DNA of 64,000 nucleotides. Source: Gracilinanus agilis (taxonomy: Eukaryota). Of the stretch, positions 59,917 through 64,000 are shown piece after piece. The DNA is taken from positions 255,306,413 to 255,370,412 of the forward strand of contig NC_058135.1 in the NCBI RefSeq assembly GCF_016433145.1, given 5' to 3'. The notes under the pieces were generated by a model. It did no database searches and was not told where the DNA came from. It worked only from the letters and a program-made list of their open reading frames with translations. The position numbers and the translations under genes are program-made. Each line of letters opens with the position of its first letter. The first letter of the stretch is position 1.

Positions 59917-62609
59917 CGTTTATCCTTTGTAGCACCATGTCAACCTGTCATATCTTTTGCCTAGAATGTACTCTTTCACCGCCATCTAGAGAATTCCTAA
60001 TATCCTTCAAAGTATAGCTTGGGTGCCCCCTCCTATATGAGGTCTTTTCTGATGCTTCAAGTTGTTAGTACTTGTAATCATTACATGGGTTCAGTGCTAG
60101 AAGCAAGTTCATAGATCATCTACTCAAATTTCCTCCTTTGTACAGTTGAGAAAATTGAAGAAAGTTTAAGTAACTTATATAAGGTCAAAGATCTAGGAAG
60201 TGACAGAGCTATAATCTGAGCTCTCTTTTCTACTGTGACTCCTAATTATATTTATGTACATGCAGTATCCTCTCCACCTTCCAGTAAGCTCATTGAGGTC
60301 AAGGCCTGTTTCCCCAAGTCCTGGCACAGGGTCACACATTATATTTGATCTGGATCTTTGGTGATATTTAGTGACTATTTGTGGAATTGAATTCAGTGGA
60401 ATTTGTGCCCTGAAAATACTTTGTTAAGGCTGGAGACACTCAGACAAGAAAGCAGCTCCTTAAACATCCCTGACCTCTTAGGAAGTGGCCTGAATTATAT
60501 ACATGAGTTCTTAATTTTCTAAATTTAACAAGTGGCAGTCTGTTGTTTAATGACATTCCATGAAAGAGTATTTGTCACCACTCTTTATGCTGTCCACTTC
60601 TACTTCTTTGTTTCCTCATACAAATAAAATGAAAGTTTATATTTAGCCGCTGAACCTATGTGATACATGAGCTGGCTTTTCCCTTTACTGACCTGAAACC
60701 TCAAGAAATTACTTACTGTGGACCCAAAAATACTTAGGAACAAGTTTTCCAAGTGATCTAAGGATTGATCAAAGAGAGAATTACTATTTTTAACAGGAAA
60801 ATATCTAAACTTTTTCTTTCTGATATGAATTAATAATTTAGTTTTGCCATACCTTATTAAGGTTTCAACATCCTTTCTACAATTAATTCAGATTCTTTTT
60901 TTTCTTCTCAATCAAGAGTCAATAGGGTAGGCACAGTGCAGGAAACTGTCCCATTAAAATGTTCTGTGAACTTAAAAAGTTAAGGATGACTGCCTGATTA
61001 CCTCAAATCAAGATTTTGTTGACCTTTATTAGTTCTCAGAATTTCAAAAAAAATCTTTTAAAACATTTTTATTTAAAGATAATGCACATGGCCAGAGCAG
61101 CAATTTCCCAAACTGGTCACATTCTCAAACAAAACATGCCCTGGCATTTGAACATCTGTTATATCAAAATCAGGTTTGAATACTATTGTTTAACCTTCCC
61201 AGCTGTAGCGGGGGTGGTTTGTTAGCCTGATTTGGTACAAAATATGCATAGGATATTTCAATTTGAAAGTTTAAACACATATTTGTGAGTGTTAGACCGA
61301 TAAATTCTGGTCATATGATACTATTTTAGGTAAACATTATGTTTCTGTGAGCTGTTTTATTGTTCTTAACTATATTGTATGTTGAAACAGATTTTAACTA
61401 CTAATTCAAAGTCCCTTTGAAGCTCATTTCTTTTAATGCATATCCTTTTACATTTCTATGCTAGTATGAATAATGAAATATTTTTAGAAAGAGGCACATG
61501 TATATATGTATGTATATAGATAGATTTGTAAGTGCAAGAGTGTAACCTGGGAAAACCCTTTTCTTTCTGACATCTTTCCTGCATTTCAGTCTGTTCAATT
61601 CTCTTACCCTACTTGATTGTCCTCGGCCAACACAAATATGAGATTGGTTTGTAGCACAGAGGCTATGTGTGATTTTAAGACTTTGATCTCCAAAGATGAA
61701 GGATGAAAGAGAATAAGGTCTAAATCGATAAAGTCAGGTAGAGAATAGATACAATAATCATGGATTTACAGTCTAAAATACTAGAGCCTCCTTTTCTCCC
61801 CAAGCTTACAAAAGGTCAAGGTGTGCCACACAAAAGCAGCACTGGTACAAAGCTTACTTAGAGCACTTGTCACCAGCCAAGGTGGGAAAGTCTGGAAGGA
61901 GAAGTATTTGAGGTGTCATATCCTCTGTAGAACTGGAGGTGAAGAAAAATGAGGCTGAATGCTTTCCTATGCACTGCCCACCAACCTTTTCTGCTTTCTT
62001 TGGTTTAAAAAGCACAGCCGCAGTTTCAGTCCAGTAGATGGGCAAATAACCTTTTTTATCCCGTCATCTGAACAACTCTGTAGCATGCATGCCAGAGGAG
62101 GGCCTTTCTCCCTCCTGTTCCTACAGATGTCTCTGTTCTCCAAGCCAGCTGTCTCTGTCCTTGTCCTGATCAGTTTTCTAACTTCTGAGCCATGTAGATT
62201 AGAGGTATCAGCAGCTTCTGGATACACAGATTTCTGTTTTCTGTTATTTTACTTCAGATTGGAACTTGATACATTCAGCATATGCCTACTGGGAAATTGT
62301 GAAGTTTAATTTATACTGCCTTTTTATAAAAAAAATCAACAAAAATATGTGGTATTCTAGAGAGCAGGTTAAAATACTTTTTCGACATATGGTTCAGCAT
62401 AAGTTTCTGATTTTTATATAGCGTGGCCAAAGATTGACTATAAACTAATAACTACAGCAGGAAAGAACGATTAACAAATTGAAGAAACCTGGCTCCGGAT
62501 AGTCTCGGCTCTGATCCCTTCAACTGTTAGTAGCCTCCCTTCCTAACTACTTTGTATTTAATAGTCTTGTATTTACTTTGTATTTATTCTGTAGCAGATA
62601 AACAGTATA

Positions 62610-62850
62610 GTGGATAGAATACAGGGCCTATAGTCAAACAGACCAGAGTTCAAATTTGGCCTGAAACATTTAGTACCTCTGATGCTAGGGAAGTCATTTA
62701 ACCTGTTTGCCACAATTTCTTCATCTGTAAAATGGGGATAATAATAGCACCTACCTTGCAGAGTTCTTCTAAGAATTAAATGAAATAATATTTGCAAAGC
62801 ACAATGCACAGTGCATGGCACATAGTAGCTGCCACAAAAATGCTAATTAC
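62610..62850 (+). mobile_element. MIR/CORE-SINE
   Basis: gagttcaaatttggcc...catctgtaaaatggggataataatagcacctacc; accounts for ORF 62573..62821. Confidence 0.85.
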
Positions 62851-63299
62851 CAGTATAACCTCCTTCATAAGAAATAGTTTTGTTCTTTTTACTTATAGCC
62901 CCACTAACTAGAACACAGTAAGCACTAAATAAATACTTGTCCAATTATTGATTGACTCTCAGAGTTAATTTGCTCTTTTGGAGTTCCTCCATCTTGATTT
63001 TGTCATTAGTAAATTAAATTCTTTTTATATGTACAAGAATAGATTTGAATGTCTTCAATTTCATATTAAGTGACCAGTATCAGATAACGTTACATGCGTT
63101 TTCACTTGATTCTTACAGTAGATATTCTAAATCTTAACACACTGATTCTATAATTTTAATTAACCAAATGACAACCTTTGTGAATAGAAGAATGAATTAT
63201 GTCATAATTTATTTACCATTTTCTATTACTGGAATTAGTAGGCATTTGATATTCAGTTGTAACATAAAATACCCCAATCAGCTTTAAAAAATCACTAGT

Positions 63300-63502
63300 G
63301 GGGCATCAAGGTTGCTCAGTGGATAGAAATCCAGACCTGGAGACAGTCCTGGGTTCAAGTCTGACCTCAGATACTTTCCAACTGTGTGACCCTGGGCAAG
63401 TCACTTAATCCCAGTTGCCTAAGCCTTACCACTCTTCCACCTTGGAACCAAATTTAGTATCAATTCCAAGACAGAAAGTATGTTTTTATTTAAAAAAAAA
63501 AA
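63300..63502 (+). mobile_element. SINE1_Mdo-type (older, long-tail)
   Basis: gctcagtggatagaaatccagacctggagacagtcctgggttcaag...ccttaccactcttccaccttggaacc. Confidence 0.88.
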
Positions 63503-63804
63503 GCCAATTGCATACTTTAGCATTATGAAACTACAGAATGCTGTTTCTGGAAGGGAAGATAGAAATCTTCTAGTAAAACCTTTTTACTTGATATATAAGG
63601 AAACTGAGACCTACCATGAAAATAACAGTTCCAATGTGATTACCTACCCAAGATCTCACAGCTTTTAGAATTTGGCTTATATTTAACCACATTGATTTCA
63701 TTTGCTGATAGATTAATCGAGACCACACACATACCATATGGATTAAGAAATATCTGCTAGTTATAGGGTTTGGCTTTATCTTAACTGGTCATTGATAAAC
63801 AAAT

Positions 63805-63807
<3 letters not shown>

Positions 63808-63879
<72 letters not shown>

Positions 63880-63881
63880 GA
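63808..63881 (+). repeat. (GA)n microsatellite with one interruption
   Basis: Long GA run. Confidence 0.97.
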
Positions 63882-64000
63882 AATAAAAGAATCATAACTG
63901 CCTACAATAATCCATTATTAAATGGTGTTTAGCTTCTGTGATTTCCTGATTGATCTCTCAAGAAGCCAACCCTTGAGAAAATTCTTGATTTGGTGGTGAC

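Larger units (their letters stand above)
2236..64000 (+). other. ELP4: Large terminal intron of ELP4 (continues beyond window); host of PAX6 downstream enhancers
   Basis: Starts with GT after the exon. I found no terminal exon (RLHLPP...) in the window. Established in human/mouse: this intron is >100 kb and PAX6 lies tail-to-tail beyond it. Confidence 0.85.

Noticed and set aside
1-64000. PAX6 coding exons, ELP4 flanking exons, CRISPR arrays, rRNA/snRNA genes, endogenous viral genes
   Set aside because: None recognised on either strand by eye; PAX6 and the terminal ELP4 exon are expected beyond the right edge.

Overview
Marsupial genomic DNA, most likely a didelphid opossum (judged from young SINE1_Mdo-type copies). 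It is AT-rich, CpG-poor and rich in repeats. The only coding sequence I can support is a 107-nt internal exon of ELP4 (2129-2235, + strand, (G)[35 protein letters not shown]), equivalent to the penultimate exon (exon 9) in human. The rest is the end of the preceding intron and about 62 kb of the large last ELP4 intron, which in human and mouse holds the long-range downstream enhancers of PAX6. Five N-blocks (148-260 nt) lie in unique, motif-rich DNA in an order matching HS6, HS5, HS234, SIMO and E100; these names are inferred from synteny and cannot be read from the sequence. Main leads: a 14/16 match to the PAX6 paired-domain consensus at 28547-28566 in an unmasked unique island (possible autoregulatory enhancer), a five-site MEIS cluster around the SIMO-like block, several other unmasked enhancer-like islands, and an ORF1-only L1-like insert (possibly HAL1) that splits a SINE. 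Repeat family names and human comparisons are from memory and were not checked against databases.
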